Shown in pieces: positions 47,925 to 57,581 of a DNA stretch of 64,000 nucleotides. Each line of letters starts with the position of its first letter. The stretch's first letter is position 1. Source of the stretch: a virus. The DNA is taken from the IMG/VR virus record IMGVR_UViG_3300031774_000001, one strand, 5' to 3'. The position numbers and the translations under genes were made by a program. A model generated the notes under the pieces. It saw only the letters and a program-made list of their open reading frames with translations, searched no databases and was not told where the DNA came from.

Positions 47925-48372
47925 AAAATACAAAACAAATGAAAATGGAATTGGCACCGTATGTGAAGTATGGATAAATGAAGATAAAGGATTGATTAAA
48001 AGATATTTTAAATCTGATGGTATTACCGTATCTGGAAAACCAGTAGGTTCTGAAAATCCACCAGAAAGAATTAAAGAGTTATTTGAAAATGAAAAGTATT
48101 GGTTAGAAAAATTAAAAAGTAAATGGATACCAGAAACAGTTGAAATAGGAGATAATTATATTATACAAAAATATTATGGACCAGTTATAGGTCATAATGT
48201 AGATAAATGGACAAAACAAGAGAAAGAATTATTAGAATTTTATAAGAATAATAATTGCAATAAAACAAATCATAATGGTTGGTCTATGACAAATAAAGGA
48301 GAACAATTAATAGGTTTTGATTTTAAACACGCATTAAAGATTAAAGGAGAACAAAGGATAGCTGTAGTATGA
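47902..48372 (+). CDS. divergent kinase/phosphotransferase-like protein
   Basis: GIGTV.EV, IKR, FENE, P, FDF; canonical catalytic Asp not seen. Confidence 0.5.
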   Translation: MWLLLQNRKYKTNENGIGTVCEVWINEDKGLIKRYFKSDGITVSGKPVGSENPPERIKELFENEKYWLEKLKSKWIPETVEIGDNYIIQKYYGPVIGHNVDKWTKQEKELLEFYKNNNCNKTNHNGWSMTNKGEQLIGFDFKHALKIKGEQRIAVV

Positions 48373-48956
48373 TTTACACTAAAGAATGGGCGTTTATTCA
48401 TATACCTAAAACTGCTGGACTAAATTTTATATTAAGAATGGAAAAGAAACCAGAAGTTATAAATGCTCAATGGAATTTACAAAAGAAAACTGGACTTAAA
48501 GACGTGAATCATTTACCATTACAATGGTGGTTAGATAGAGGAGAATTAAACAAAGAACAATACATATTTACTTTTGTACGAAATCCATATAGTAGAATTG
48601 TTAGTCTATATAATCATATGTTAATTGAAGGACGTAATATACCAGGATTTAAAGAGTTTATTATGGAGGATATTGTACATACTAAAAATCCTCCTGGTTT
48701 AGATTATGATTTTGGTTGGCCACAATATAAATCTATTGAGAATAACCAAGGAATAAATGTTAAATGTTATAAAATGGAAACAGAATTGCCTTTAGTTGAA
48801 GAGTATATAGGATATATATTTACAGACACTAGATATAATGATATGCCACACGCACCTTGGCAAACTTATTACGATAGTGAAACTAAAGAAAAAGTAAACG
48901 AAAAATATAAAGAAGATTTTAAAAGGTTTAATTATAATGAACACTTATCAATGTAA
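48369..48956 (+). CDS. sulfotransferase family 2
   Basis: FIHIPKTAG (5'-PSB), FVRNPYSRIVS (3'-PB), Y..DF..F.Y. Confidence 0.9.
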   Translation: MIYTKEWAFIHIPKTAGLNFILRMEKKPEVINAQWNLQKKTGLKDVNHLPLQWWLDRGELNKEQYIFTFVRNPYSRIVSLYNHMLIEGRNIPGFKEFIMEDIVHTKNPPGLDYDFGWPQYKSIENNQGINVKCYKMETELPLVEEYIGYIFTDTRYNDMPHAPWQTYYDSETKEKVNEKYKEDFKRFNYNEHLSM

Positions 48957-49536
48957 AGATGATATAATAAATGCAGATGAAAAAGGGCAACTTTTGTCTG
49001 AAGTAAAGAATATTAGTTTATGGTCTAATAAACTTTCTTACTATGCACCTAAAGATGATACTGGTACAGGTATAAGAGTAATGAAAGTTAGAGAAGATGA
49101 TGACTACCATCAAACAAAAGTATATAAAGAATTTATAAAAAATCAAAAATCTCCTTTAGAAGGTTTGTTTGAAAAATTGGTTAATAAGATTAATCCTAAA
49201 TTAAAATTTTTTGTAGTAGATTATATAAGGTTTGCACCAATGGATGATATTACTATTCATAAAGATACGGATACTGTTCCTGGAAGAGCGTCTTGTATTA
49301 CTTGGCCGTTATATCCAGAGTTAAAAGATTTTTCTCCAGTAAAATATTATAATGATGATAAAACTTTTAATGAAGATGTTTATTATCAAGAAAAACCTTT
49401 GATTGTTAGTACTGCTAAAAATCATTGTTGTTTTAACGGTAGTCAAGAAGCTAGATTTACTTTTCAAATTTGTTTTTATGATCCAATAGAAAGATTGGCT
49501 GAATTAGACCAAAAAGGAGAATTGTTTAATGTATGA
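48937..49536 (+). CDS. 2OG-Fe(II) oxygenase-like protein
   Basis: HKD...H...N....RF.FQ. Confidence 0.65.
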   Translation: MNTYQCKDDIINADEKGQLLSEVKNISLWSNKLSYYAPKDDTGTGIRVMKVREDDDYHQTKVYKEFIKNQKSPLEGLFEKLVNKINPKLKFFVVDYIRFAPMDDITIHKDTDTVPGRASCITWPLYPELKDFSPVKYYNDDKTFNEDVYYQEKPLIVSTAKNHCCFNGSQEARFTFQICFYDPIERLAELDQKGELFNV

Positions 49537-49966
49537 TTTAACAAATATATTAGTTGAGATTGAAACTTTACCTAAATGGGACGAGCAAATATGCTTACAA
49601 GGTACAGAAACTAATAAAGACCCCTTTGCTGGTATTAATTCATTGTTAACAACACCAGAAAAAGAAATAGAATTTAAATATAATTTATTTGATTTACCTT
49701 ATATAAATTCTATTATAAAAGAACATAATTTATATAGAGTTAGATTAATGAATTTAAAAAGTAAGACTTGTTATTCTTATCATCAAGACCAATGTAAACG
49801 ATTTCATATACCTTTAATTACAAATGATAATTGTTTCTTTGTTGTTGATGATAAAGTTAAAAGATATCCAGCAGATGGTAATTATTATATAATTGATACA
49901 GATAAAAAACATACTGCTGTTAATGCTTCTTGGGAAGATAGAATTCATTTAGTAGGTAATTTATGA
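49529..49966 (+). CDS. Asp/Asn beta-hydroxylase-like 2OG oxygenase
   Basis: RVRLM, CYSYHQD, RFHIPLITN, HTAVNAS..DRIHLVG. Confidence 0.8.
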   Translation: MYDLTNILVEIETLPKWDEQICLQGTETNKDPFAGINSLLTTPEKEIEFKYNLFDLPYINSIIKEHNLYRVRLMNLKSKTCYSYHQDQCKRFHIPLITNDNCFFVVDDKVKRYPADGNYYIIDTDKKHTAVNASWEDRIHLVGNL

Positions 49967-50475
49967 ACACATACCAATGTAAAAATGATATAATAAATGA
50001 AGATGAAAGAAAGCAACTTTTATCTCAAGCAAGAGGTTGTGATTATTATAATTATACAACTGATAAAGGAACAAATACAGGATTACAAGTTGTTAAACTA
50101 CCTATAGATGGTTTAGTTAAAAAATTGGTTAATAAGACCAATTCTAAATTGAAATTTTTTATAGCAGATTTTATAAAGTTTGATCCTAAAGTTGGAATTC
50201 ATCCTCATAAAGATGACCACCTTGGAAGAGCTTCTTGTATTACTTGGGCATTGTATCCATCATTAAAAGATTTTTGTCCTATAAAATATTATAATGAAGA
50301 TAAAACTTTTAATGAAGAAGTATATTATGAAAAGAAACCTTTAATTATTACGACTAGAAATAATCATAGTTGTAGTAATGAAAGTGAAGTAGAAAGATAT
50401 ACTTTTCAATTGTGTTTTTATGATCCAATAGAAAAATTAGCGGAGTTAGACCAAAAAGACGAGTTGTTTATATGA
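49963..50475 (+). CDS. 2OG-Fe(II) oxygenase-like protein (paralog of 48937)
   Basis: HKD...H...R; shared N- and C-termini. Confidence 0.65.
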   Translation: MNTYQCKNDIINEDERKQLLSQARGCDYYNYTTDKGTNTGLQVVKLPIDGLVKKLVNKTNSKLKFFIADFIKFDPKVGIHPHKDDHLGRASCITWALYPSLKDFCPIKYYNEDKTFNEEVYYEKKPLIITTRNNHSCSNESEVERYTFQLCFYDPIEKLAELDQKDELFI

Positions 50476-50903
50476 TAATAAAAGAGATAACACACGAACA
50501 AGCATTAGAGTGGATATCTAAACAAGATTTAGAGGATACTTGGCATACAGATTTTAAAGAATGGAAAAAACATTTAATTTTAGCAGCTAAATATTGGCCT
50601 TGGGTTAAAAAGTTTTATAGAGGTAAGAATAATTGGTTAGGGGCCTTTGATGATGAGTTATGTGGTGTTTATTGGTATACAATTGTTGAAAATGAAATGT
50701 ATGATGGTTTTTTAATATCAAGAAAACAAGGTGCAGGATTAAAATTAGCAAGAGAGTTATATAATAGAACAAAAGGTCAATGGAGATATAATTGGACAAT
50801 GTGTAGTAAAGAATATTTAAAGTTTAATAATAGATTAGGATTTCAAGGAACACAATATGCTAATATTACTCCTTGGTATGAGGTATATTTACTATGGCGA
50901 TAA
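50472..50903 (+). CDS. GNAT-like acyltransferase
   Basis: RKQGAGLKL motif A; FN.RLGF. Confidence 0.6.
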   Translation: MIIKEITHEQALEWISKQDLEDTWHTDFKEWKKHLILAAKYWPWVKKFYRGKNNWLGAFDDELCGVYWYTIVENEMYDGFLISRKQGAGLKLARELYNRTKGQWRYNWTMCSKEYLKFNNRLGFQGTQYANITPWYEVYLLWR

Positions 50904-51991
50904 AAGAGATATTAAGTTTTAATAAGATACATAGTGGCGCTGAAGAAGTAATATCTGCTAAGTCTTATGAGTTAACGTTTAAAGATGGCAAGGTATTAAA
51001 AGATACAATGTCTGGTCTTTGGAACGTACCTTTAGGTTATTCTAATACAAATATAAAACAAGTTATGAAAGAACAATTAGATAAGTTGCCATATGCAAGT
51101 AATTTTTCTGGTTATCATAGTCAAATAACTGAACAATATGCTGATGAAATTTGTAAGAGAACAAATATGAGTAGAGTATATTTTACAAATAGTGGAAGTG
51201 CTGCTGTTGAAACAGCAATTAAATTATCAGGTAAGAATATAGCAGTATGTGGAAAACATAGTTATCACGGTTCTACAATATTAAGTGCTAATGCAAGTGA
51301 CCAAGATATTAATAAATTTTGGAAGATACAAAATCCTATGAGTGTTCATAAGTTTGAAGATTCAGATGACCTAATACAAATATCAAATGGTTTATTTGAT
51401 TTGTCTTTTGTAATTATAGAACCTGTTGTGGGAGCGGGTGGTGTTTATGAGTGGCAACCTGAAATATGGGATATATTAAAAGAGTATCAACAAAGAGGTG
51501 GTGTAGTTATACTAGATGAAACAGTTACAGGTTTTGGTAAACTAGGTACTATGTTTGCCTTTGAAAAATATAATATAGAACCAGATATGATTGTATTAGG
51601 AAAGGGTATAACTAATGGATATTTTCCTATGGGCGCTTGTTTAATAAATGAAAGAATAGAAAAGTCAGTTAAAATGTTTAATCACGGTTTTACTTATTCA
51701 GGACATCCTGTTGGTTGTGCCGCTGCTTTAGAAACAATTAGAGAGATAGATAAATTAGATTTAGAACATAAACAAATAAATGGTATTACAAGACAGTATG
51801 GTTGTATGGGTGCAATAGATTTTGAAACTCCAAGACAATCATTAACATTTATTAAAAAAATGAGAGAGAAAGGTTATATCTTGGAAGATGGATCAGAAAA
51901 CGTATCAACTGCTGTATTTTGTTTACCATATGTCTTTCAAGAACACAACGAATTTGAGGAGGCAATAAAATGTACCATAACGGATATGTAG
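50894..51991 (+). CDS. class III PLP aminotransferase
   Basis: D..SGLWN..LG, FTNSGS.A.E, YHG, IEPV, DE..TGFG..G, PD...LGKG..NG.FP, HGFTYSGHP. Confidence 0.95.
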   Translation: MAIKEILSFNKIHSGAEEVISAKSYELTFKDGKVLKDTMSGLWNVPLGYSNTNIKQVMKEQLDKLPYASNFSGYHSQITEQYADEICKRTNMSRVYFTNSGSAAVETAIKLSGKNIAVCGKHSYHGSTILSANASDQDINKFWKIQNPMSVHKFEDSDDLIQISNGLFDLSFVIIEPVVGAGGVYEWQPEIWDILKEYQQRGGVVILDETVTGFGKLGTMFAFEKYNIEPDMIVLGKGITNGYFPMGACLINERIEKSVKMFNHGFTYSGHPVGCAAALETIREIDKLDLEHKQINGITRQYGCMGAIDFETPRQSLTFIKKMREKGYILEDGSENVSTAVFCLPYVFQEHNEFEEAIKCTITDM

Positions 51992-52785
51992 AAACTTTAC
52001 CTGTACAATTGCCAGAAGTAACTCAATTGATTAAAGAATATTTTAAAGAACATTATAATCACAATTATATTTGTAGATATAAAAAAGAATTAATTGAAGA
52101 ATTTATAAAAGATTTTATACCTTGGTTAAATAAAGGTCATTTAAAATTTAAAGGTTTAGAAGATTTTAAAAATGTTTATATAACAAATGGTGTTACCGAG
52201 TTTATTCAAATTGCAATGGTTGAACATAGTTTAAGACCTATATGTGTTGAGGACGATTATCAAGCATTTAGTGCTAATGCTTCAGCTTATATTCGTTCAG
52301 GTATTAAATTAAATAATAAAATAAATGTAATTACTTTGCCCTTTTGTAAAACGGCAGACATACATCCTAAAACCTGTGAGATATTAGACACCCCTTGTTG
52401 GGTTGATTTAGCTTGGGCAGGTAATAGTGGCATTAAAGAAACTTTTGATTTAAGTAAAGCTGAGTATGCGTCATTTAGTTTTAGTAAATGTTTTGGTGTG
52501 CAATATCATAGAATAGGAATTTGTTTTTCTAAAAAACCTATAAAAATTATGGAATTACAAAAAGGATTTGAGTATGTTAATATAGTAGGTGTGGAATTAA
52601 TGAAGTATATGATGAACAAAATATCACCTTCATATTTGTACGATAAATATAAGGATATAGCGCATAAAATTTGTGCTGATAACAATTTACAACCTACCAA
52701 AAACTTATGGATAGGTTTAGAAGATGGTAAAAGAAAACCACTAATAGAATACTGGATGAAATATTTAAATGAGAACAGCAAATAA
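51970..52785 (+). CDS. fold-type I PLP-dependent enzyme (aminotransferase/decarboxylase-like)
   Basis: TNGVTE, VDLAW, SFSK (PLP lysine), RIG. Confidence 0.7.
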   Translation: MYHNGYVETLPVQLPEVTQLIKEYFKEHYNHNYICRYKKELIEEFIKDFIPWLNKGHLKFKGLEDFKNVYITNGVTEFIQIAMVEHSLRPICVEDDYQAFSANASAYIRSGIKLNNKINVITLPFCKTADIHPKTCEILDTPCWVDLAWAGNSGIKETFDLSKAEYASFSFSKCFGVQYHRIGICFSKKPIKIMELQKGFEYVNIVGVELMKYMMNKISPSYLYDKYKDIAHKICADNNLQPTKNLWIGLEDGKRKPLIEYWMKYLNENSK

Positions 52786-53536
52786 AGAATTTTTTGACTA
52801 TACAAAAAGCCTTCCCTTCAAAGATATAACTCATTTTTGGGATATACCTTATAAGCAAATATTAGAAGAAGTAAAACTAGTTGATGAAAAACATTGGAGT
52901 AGACCTTTTAATGTTGATAATAATAAGGTAAAGGAATTAGGACTAGACGATAAATCAAGTCTTAATCATTATCCTGGATGGGATGGAAAGTTAATAGAAG
53001 CACACGGTTGGAAAACTTTATGTATGCTAAATGAAACAGGAGATAGTACGGATCAAATTTATAATTTTCCACCTGTATTTAATACAGCAAATGATTATAA
53101 AAAAGGTTTAAAAGATTTTAAAGTTGAAAGATACTGGACAAATGCTGCTGAATTTTGTCCTACACTAGTTAAATTTTTTAAAGAAGTAGTATCAAAGTAT
53201 ATGCAATTTGTTCAAATATCTGTAACCAGATTAGATGGTGGTGGAGTTATTACTGAACACAATGATATACCAATTGATAGTAGAAATCTATTAGAAAGTA
53301 AACATATGCATATGTATGATATGCTGAATACTTTTAACCTATGTTTAAATCACGTTGATGGTTGTTATGGGGTATTTGATAATAAGGTTATACCTGCTTA
53401 TGAGGGTTGTTTAAGATGGACAAATATAGGTAAGCAACATTGGGTATTAAATATGAATAGACAGCCACAATATCAAATTATATGGAATGGAATTTATAAA
53501 AAAAGTTTTAGACGACTTGTAGAGGAGAATAAATAG
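52769..53536 (+). CDS. Asp/Asn beta-hydroxylase-like 2OG oxygenase
   Basis: WT...EFCP....F, L..GG.I..HND, H.V.N. Confidence 0.75.
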   Translation: MRTANKEFFDYTKSLPFKDITHFWDIPYKQILEEVKLVDEKHWSRPFNVDNNKVKELGLDDKSSLNHYPGWDGKLIEAHGWKTLCMLNETGDSTDQIYNFPPVFNTANDYKKGLKDFKVERYWTNAAEFCPTLVKFFKEVVSKYMQFVQISVTRLDGGGVITEHNDIPIDSRNLLESKHMHMYDMLNTFNLCLNHVDGCYGVFDNKVIPAYEGCLRWTNIGKQHWVLNMNRQPQYQIIWNGIYKKSFRRLVEENK

Positions 53537-53540
53537 TAGT

Positions 53541-54239
53541 ATGGCGATTATAGACAAACACAAAGGTGTAAAAATAGACAAAGCATTTTCAGATAGACAC
53601 GTGGAGATGTTTGCTTTCTTTGATAAGCACGGTATAGATGTTGAAGTTAATGATAACTTCAAAGATTTTCAACATTTTTTAACTCATTTAACAGCAGACA
53701 ATTATCCTTATAGATATGATGAATTTTTTAATGCAAGTAATTTAGTTGGCAATGATACTGCTTATGCATTATATTTAAAGAAAGATGATAAAATTATAGC
53801 TACATATGCTGCTAAAGAATTAGAGTTTTCATCTTTTTTTGGTGATATTAGAGAATTTGCAGGTGGACGTTTTGATAAAGTTACAGAAGATTTAAATGAA
53901 AATAGTTTTAGCAAATTAGGGACTTGTATGTATAGTTCTTGTCAATGGGTAGATACAGAATATAGAGGCAAACGTTTTGGTATGATATTAGACCATTTAA
54001 AGAAAAATATATGTTTTGATATTTTTGAAGCTGATATGAATTATGCAATTCATAAAGAACAATTTGCTGATTATCATATAAAAGGATTGCATTATGATGA
54101 AAGTAAATGGTTAGCAACTGTAGAAAAAGGTGATGTAGGTGGTGCAGGTGAAAAGAAAGATAAAGTTTACCATTTAACTTGGGTTACAAAAGAATCTTGG
54201 GCGAATAAATTAAATGATGTTAGAAAGTTATATATTTAA
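53541..54239 (+). CDS. GNAT/acyl-transferase-like protein
   Basis: WVD.EYRGKRFG motif A-like; late-promoter variant directly upstream. Confidence 0.5.
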   Translation: MAIIDKHKGVKIDKAFSDRHVEMFAFFDKHGIDVEVNDNFKDFQHFLTHLTADNYPYRYDEFFNASNLVGNDTAYALYLKKDDKIIATYAAKELEFSSFFGDIREFAGGRFDKVTEDLNENSFSKLGTCMYSSCQWVDTEYRGKRFGMILDHLKKNICFDIFEADMNYAIHKEQFADYHIKGLHYDESKWLATVEKGDVGGAGEKKDKVYHLTWVTKESWANKLNDVRKLYI

Positions 54240-54771
54240 ACCATCAGAATTACCACAACAATATCGTATTCAAATTAACGACATTATAAAAGATGTTGTT
54301 GAAAGTAAAACAGACCAATACTGGAAAAATTATACAAAGTTTAATCTTGATGAGCAAACTGCTATATCTATAAATTGTGATGGAGATGATGTAAAGGTTA
54401 TATCATCAATATATCATAGAAATTTTTATGGAAAAGATGTCTATAGATTAATGAATAGGAGTTTGTATTCTAAAGATTATAGAGAAACTGGTGGTTCTAA
54501 AATGAGAAATGGTGAACATACTGCCCACCCAATGATAGCACAACAGATAAATTTTGTTGAAGACCTTAAACCTAAATTCTATTTCATAAGCAGACAAAGA
54601 ACAAATACTAGATGGTTAAAGTATTATTTTGATACTTTTAATAAGGAGTATAATAGGAATTTGGTTGTTAGCGACCAGCAGTATTGGGTTTGTGATGGTA
54701 GTAAAGAGGGTTGCTTACAGACAATTATCTACCCAAAAGATATGGAAGTACCTTTGAAATCTTATAAATAG
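54214..54771 (+). CDS. hypothetical, possibly GNAT-like protein
   Basis: YWKNY, YRLMNR.....DYR, YFISRQ motifs. Confidence 0.5.
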   Translation: MMLESYIFKPSELPQQYRIQINDIIKDVVESKTDQYWKNYTKFNLDEQTAISINCDGDDVKVISSIYHRNFYGKDVYRLMNRSLYSKDYRETGGSKMRNGEHTAHPMIAQQINFVEDLKPKFYFISRQRTNTRWLKYYFDTFNKEYNRNLVVSDQQYWVCDGSKEGCLQTIIYPKDMEVPLKSYK

Positions 54772-54801
54772 TATTATGAATAAATTAAATGGAGATATTG
54801 T

Positions 54802-55005
54802 ATGATAACAATTGACGGAAAAGAGTATGATGAACAAAAGTTTAGTCCTGAATTACAAAATTACATAGCAGTAAGACAAGAAATTCAAGTAAGCAAGACT
54901 AGACATTTAATTGAGATTGAAAAAATAGATGTTTTAACCAAGCATTATAACGAAAAAATAGTCAAGTTGATTAAAAAAGAAGTACCAGAATCCGAGAAAA
55001 AATAA
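54802..55005 (+). CDS. small conserved protein (MITIDGKEY family)
   Basis: Late promoter at 54763; GGAG RBS. Confidence 0.75.
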   Translation: MITIDGKEYDEQKFSPELQNYIAVRQEIQVSKTRHLIEIEKIDVLTKHYNEKIVKLIKKEVPESEKK

Positions 55006-55341
55006 ATGGCAGCTATAGCTAACCTAACGATAGACCAAGGCGCAACCTTTACTTCCGACGTAACTGTAAAGGACGCTAATGCTCAACCGTTTGACCTAAC
55101 TGGTTATACGGCACAAGCTAAGATGGCAAAGGGCTTTGCTTCCACACGAACAAGGACGACAATCACCACTACATTACCAAGTAATCCTGCTACAGGCACG
55201 GTTACCTTATCATTAACGTCTGCTCAAACAGCAGCTCTTGACGCTGAAAGATATGTTTACGACCTTGAAATAACAAAGGGTTCAGAAGTAACCCGAGTTA
55301 TTGAAGGATTAATTACTGTAAGACCTCAAGTTACTACTTAA
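55006..55341 (+). CDS. virion protein, BppU-N/baseplate upper-like
   Basis: ANLTIDQGATF, DLTGYTA.A, G.V.LSLT..QT, RYVYD.EI, RVIEG. Confidence 0.75.
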   Translation: MAAIANLTIDQGATFTSDVTVKDANAQPFDLTGYTAQAKMAKGFASTRTRTTITTTLPSNPATGTVTLSLTSAQTAALDAERYVYDLEITKGSEVTRVIEGLITVRPQVTT

Positions 55342-55385
55342 ATCAACTTCTCTTTGTTATAAATATAAGATAAAAGGGAGAGAGA

Positions 55386-55634
55386 ATGCCTGATATTACA
55401 GCAAAAATAAACGTAAATACACAATCTGGTCCACAAGCCGTTTCGGTAACTTTACCATCAGGTCAGGCCGCTCAAAACACCCAATTAAAATTAGCTTTAT
55501 TAGGAGATGTTGATACTACAACTTTAGAAGATGGTTCAATGATTCAATATAGAGCAAGCGATGGCAAATTTGTAACACGAACAGAAATAGTTACAACAAC
55601 AGGTACACTATTATTTAACTGTGGGAGTTTTTAA
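55386..55634 (+). CDS. small fibre-associated structural protein
   Basis: L..L.DVD...L.DGS.IQY; late promoter at 55358. Confidence 0.65.
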   Translation: MPDITAKINVNTQSGPQAVSVTLPSGQAAQNTQLKLALLGDVDTTTLEDGSMIQYRASDGKFVTRTEIVTTTGTLLFNCGSF

Positions 55635-55644
55635 AAAATAGCAT

Positions 55645-57360
55645 ATGGCAACAGTAATACAGATAAAAAGAAGTTCAGCAACATCAGCACCAGCAACATT
55701 AAAATTAGGTGAATTAGCATATACTTATGGAACAGGTTCTCAAGCAAACCTAGGAGATAGAATCTTTATAGGGGAAGGTGGAGTTGACGGTAACGGTGAC
55801 GCAAATAATATTTCAGTAATTGGAGGTCAGTATTTTACAGATATGTTAGACCACGTTGCTGGTACATTAACAGCAAGTGGTGCTGTTTTAGTAGATTCAA
55901 ATAAAGCAATAGACGAATTCATTGTAGGTAATAATGCGAGTGCAGGCGGACAAGTAAAATTTAATGAAGCAACAAATAACGGTTCATCATTTATAGGTCT
56001 TAAAGCACCTAACAACGTAACTACAACAACAACATTTACATTACCAGACGGAGATGGTTCTGCTGGTCAGTTTATGAAAACTGACGGTGGTGGAAATTTA
56101 TCTTTCTCAACTGTTAATCAATTTATAGATTTAGCAGGTGATACTGGAACAGATACTTACAATACTGCTGAAACATTAACTTTTGCAGGTGGTTCAGGAA
56201 TGAATACAGTTGTAACTGATAACAATGTAGAAATTCAAGCAACAGCATTAACAAATGCTAACTTATCTGGTACTGCCGCTATTTCAAATGCTAATTTAGA
56301 AAATCCAGCAACAACATTAGGATCATCTACATTAACTTTAGGTGCAACAGAAACAGATTTAGCAGGATTAACTTCTTTAGTAATTGATGACATTACAATT
56401 AACGGTCAAGCAATTACAACAACAGCTGCTAATAAAGATATTCATATGACGCCACACGGAACAGGTACAATTATAGTACCAAGTGGTTATGAAGATAGAG
56501 CAGGATTTCAAAATCAATCACTTGCTAACAAAGCATACGTTGACCAAGTTGCTCAAGGGTTAGATACTAAACCATCTTGTAGAGTTGGTACAACTGCTGA
56601 CTTATCAGCAACTTATAACAACGGTACTGCTGGTGTTGGTGCAACTTTAACTGCTACATCAAACGGTGCATTATCACTTGATGGAATAACAACAAGTGTT
56701 GCAGATAGAGTTTTAGTTAAAAATCAAACTACTGCTTCTGAAAACGGTATATACGTAGTTACAACTGTTGGTGATGGATCAACTGCTTTTGTATTAACAA
56801 GAGCAACTCCAGAAGACCAACCAGCAGAATTATCTGGTGGTGCTTTCGTATTCGTTGAAGAAGGAAGTTTAAATGCAAATAACGGTTATACATTTACACA
56901 CACAGGTGCTCCAACATTTGGAACAACTGATTTAGATGTAGCACAATTTTCTGGTGCAGGTCAAATTACTGCAGGTGCAGGATTAGTTAAAGACGGTAAT
57001 ACAATAGATACAAATCCTGACAATAGTTCAATTGAAGTTGCAGGTGACCAATTAAGAGTTAAAGCATTAGGTATACAAGATTCTATGATTGCAAACAATA
57101 CAATCACAACTTCAAAAATATCTAATCCTGTAATATATTTTAAAGATGAAACTTCAACACAAGGTCAAGTATCTTTAGAAGGAACTTTAGAATTTATGGC
57201 AGGTGAGGGAATCAATACTATTGCAAATGGAAATAAATTACAAATTGTTGGTGAATTAGCAAGTACATCAAACATTGGTGTTGCTTCTTTTTCTTCTGAC
57301 AACTTTACAGTTACATCAGGTGATGTGGAAGTTTCAATAGTTGACGGAGGAACTTTCTAA
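55645..57360 (+). CDS. tail fibre protein
   Basis: IQIKRS...L..GELAY N-domain; NKAYVD..AQGLD.K.S.R, DRVLVKNQT...ENGIY, FV.EG; C-terminal DGGTF. Confidence 0.85.
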   Translation: MATVIQIKRSSATSAPATLKLGELAYTYGTGSQANLGDRIFIGEGGVDGNGDANNISVIGGQYFTDMLDHVAGTLTASGAVLVDSNKAIDEFIVGNNASAGGQVKFNEATNNGSSFIGLKAPNNVTTTTTFTLPDGDGSAGQFMKTDGGGNLSFSTVNQFIDLAGDTGTDTYNTAETLTFAGGSGMNTVVTDNNVEIQATALTNANLSGTAAISNANLENPATTLGSSTLTLGATETDLAGLTSLVIDDITINGQAITTTAANKDIHMTPHGTGTIIVPSGYEDRAGFQNQSLANKAYVDQVAQGLDTKPSCRVGTTADLSATYNNGTAGVGATLTATSNGALSLDGITTSVADRVLVKNQTTASENGIYVVTTVGDGSTAFVLTRATPEDQPAELSGGAFVFVEEGSLNANNGYTFTHTGAPTFGTTDLDVAQFSGAGQITAGAGLVKDGNTIDTNPDNSSIEVAGDQLRVKALGIQDSMIANNTITTSKISNPVIYFKDETSTQGQVSLEGTLEFMAGEGINTIANGNKLQIVGELASTSNIGVASFSSDNFTVTSGDVEVSIVDGGTF

Positions 57361-57581
57361 TGTTTGGTTGGATCAAAAGATTAATTAATAAAACAGTTAG
57401 TTCTTACGACCCAGTTAAAACAAAGACTACTGTAGTTACAGTTAAAGATTTAAAATCTAAAACTAAAAAAGAATTAGAGAAAATTGGTAGAAAAATAGGA
57501 ATTGAATTAGATAGACGATTAACAAAATCAAAACTAATTAACAAAATTAAATTTAGAGCTAGAATAAACAGGAAAAAATAA
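57360..57581 (+). CDS. small basic protein with Rho-N/HeH-like motif
   Basis: L...TKKELE..GR..GIELDRRLTK..LI. Confidence 0.65.
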   Translation: MFGWIKRLINKTVSSYDPVKTKTTVVTVKDLKSKTKKELEKIGRKIGIELDRRLTKSKLINKIKFRARINRKK

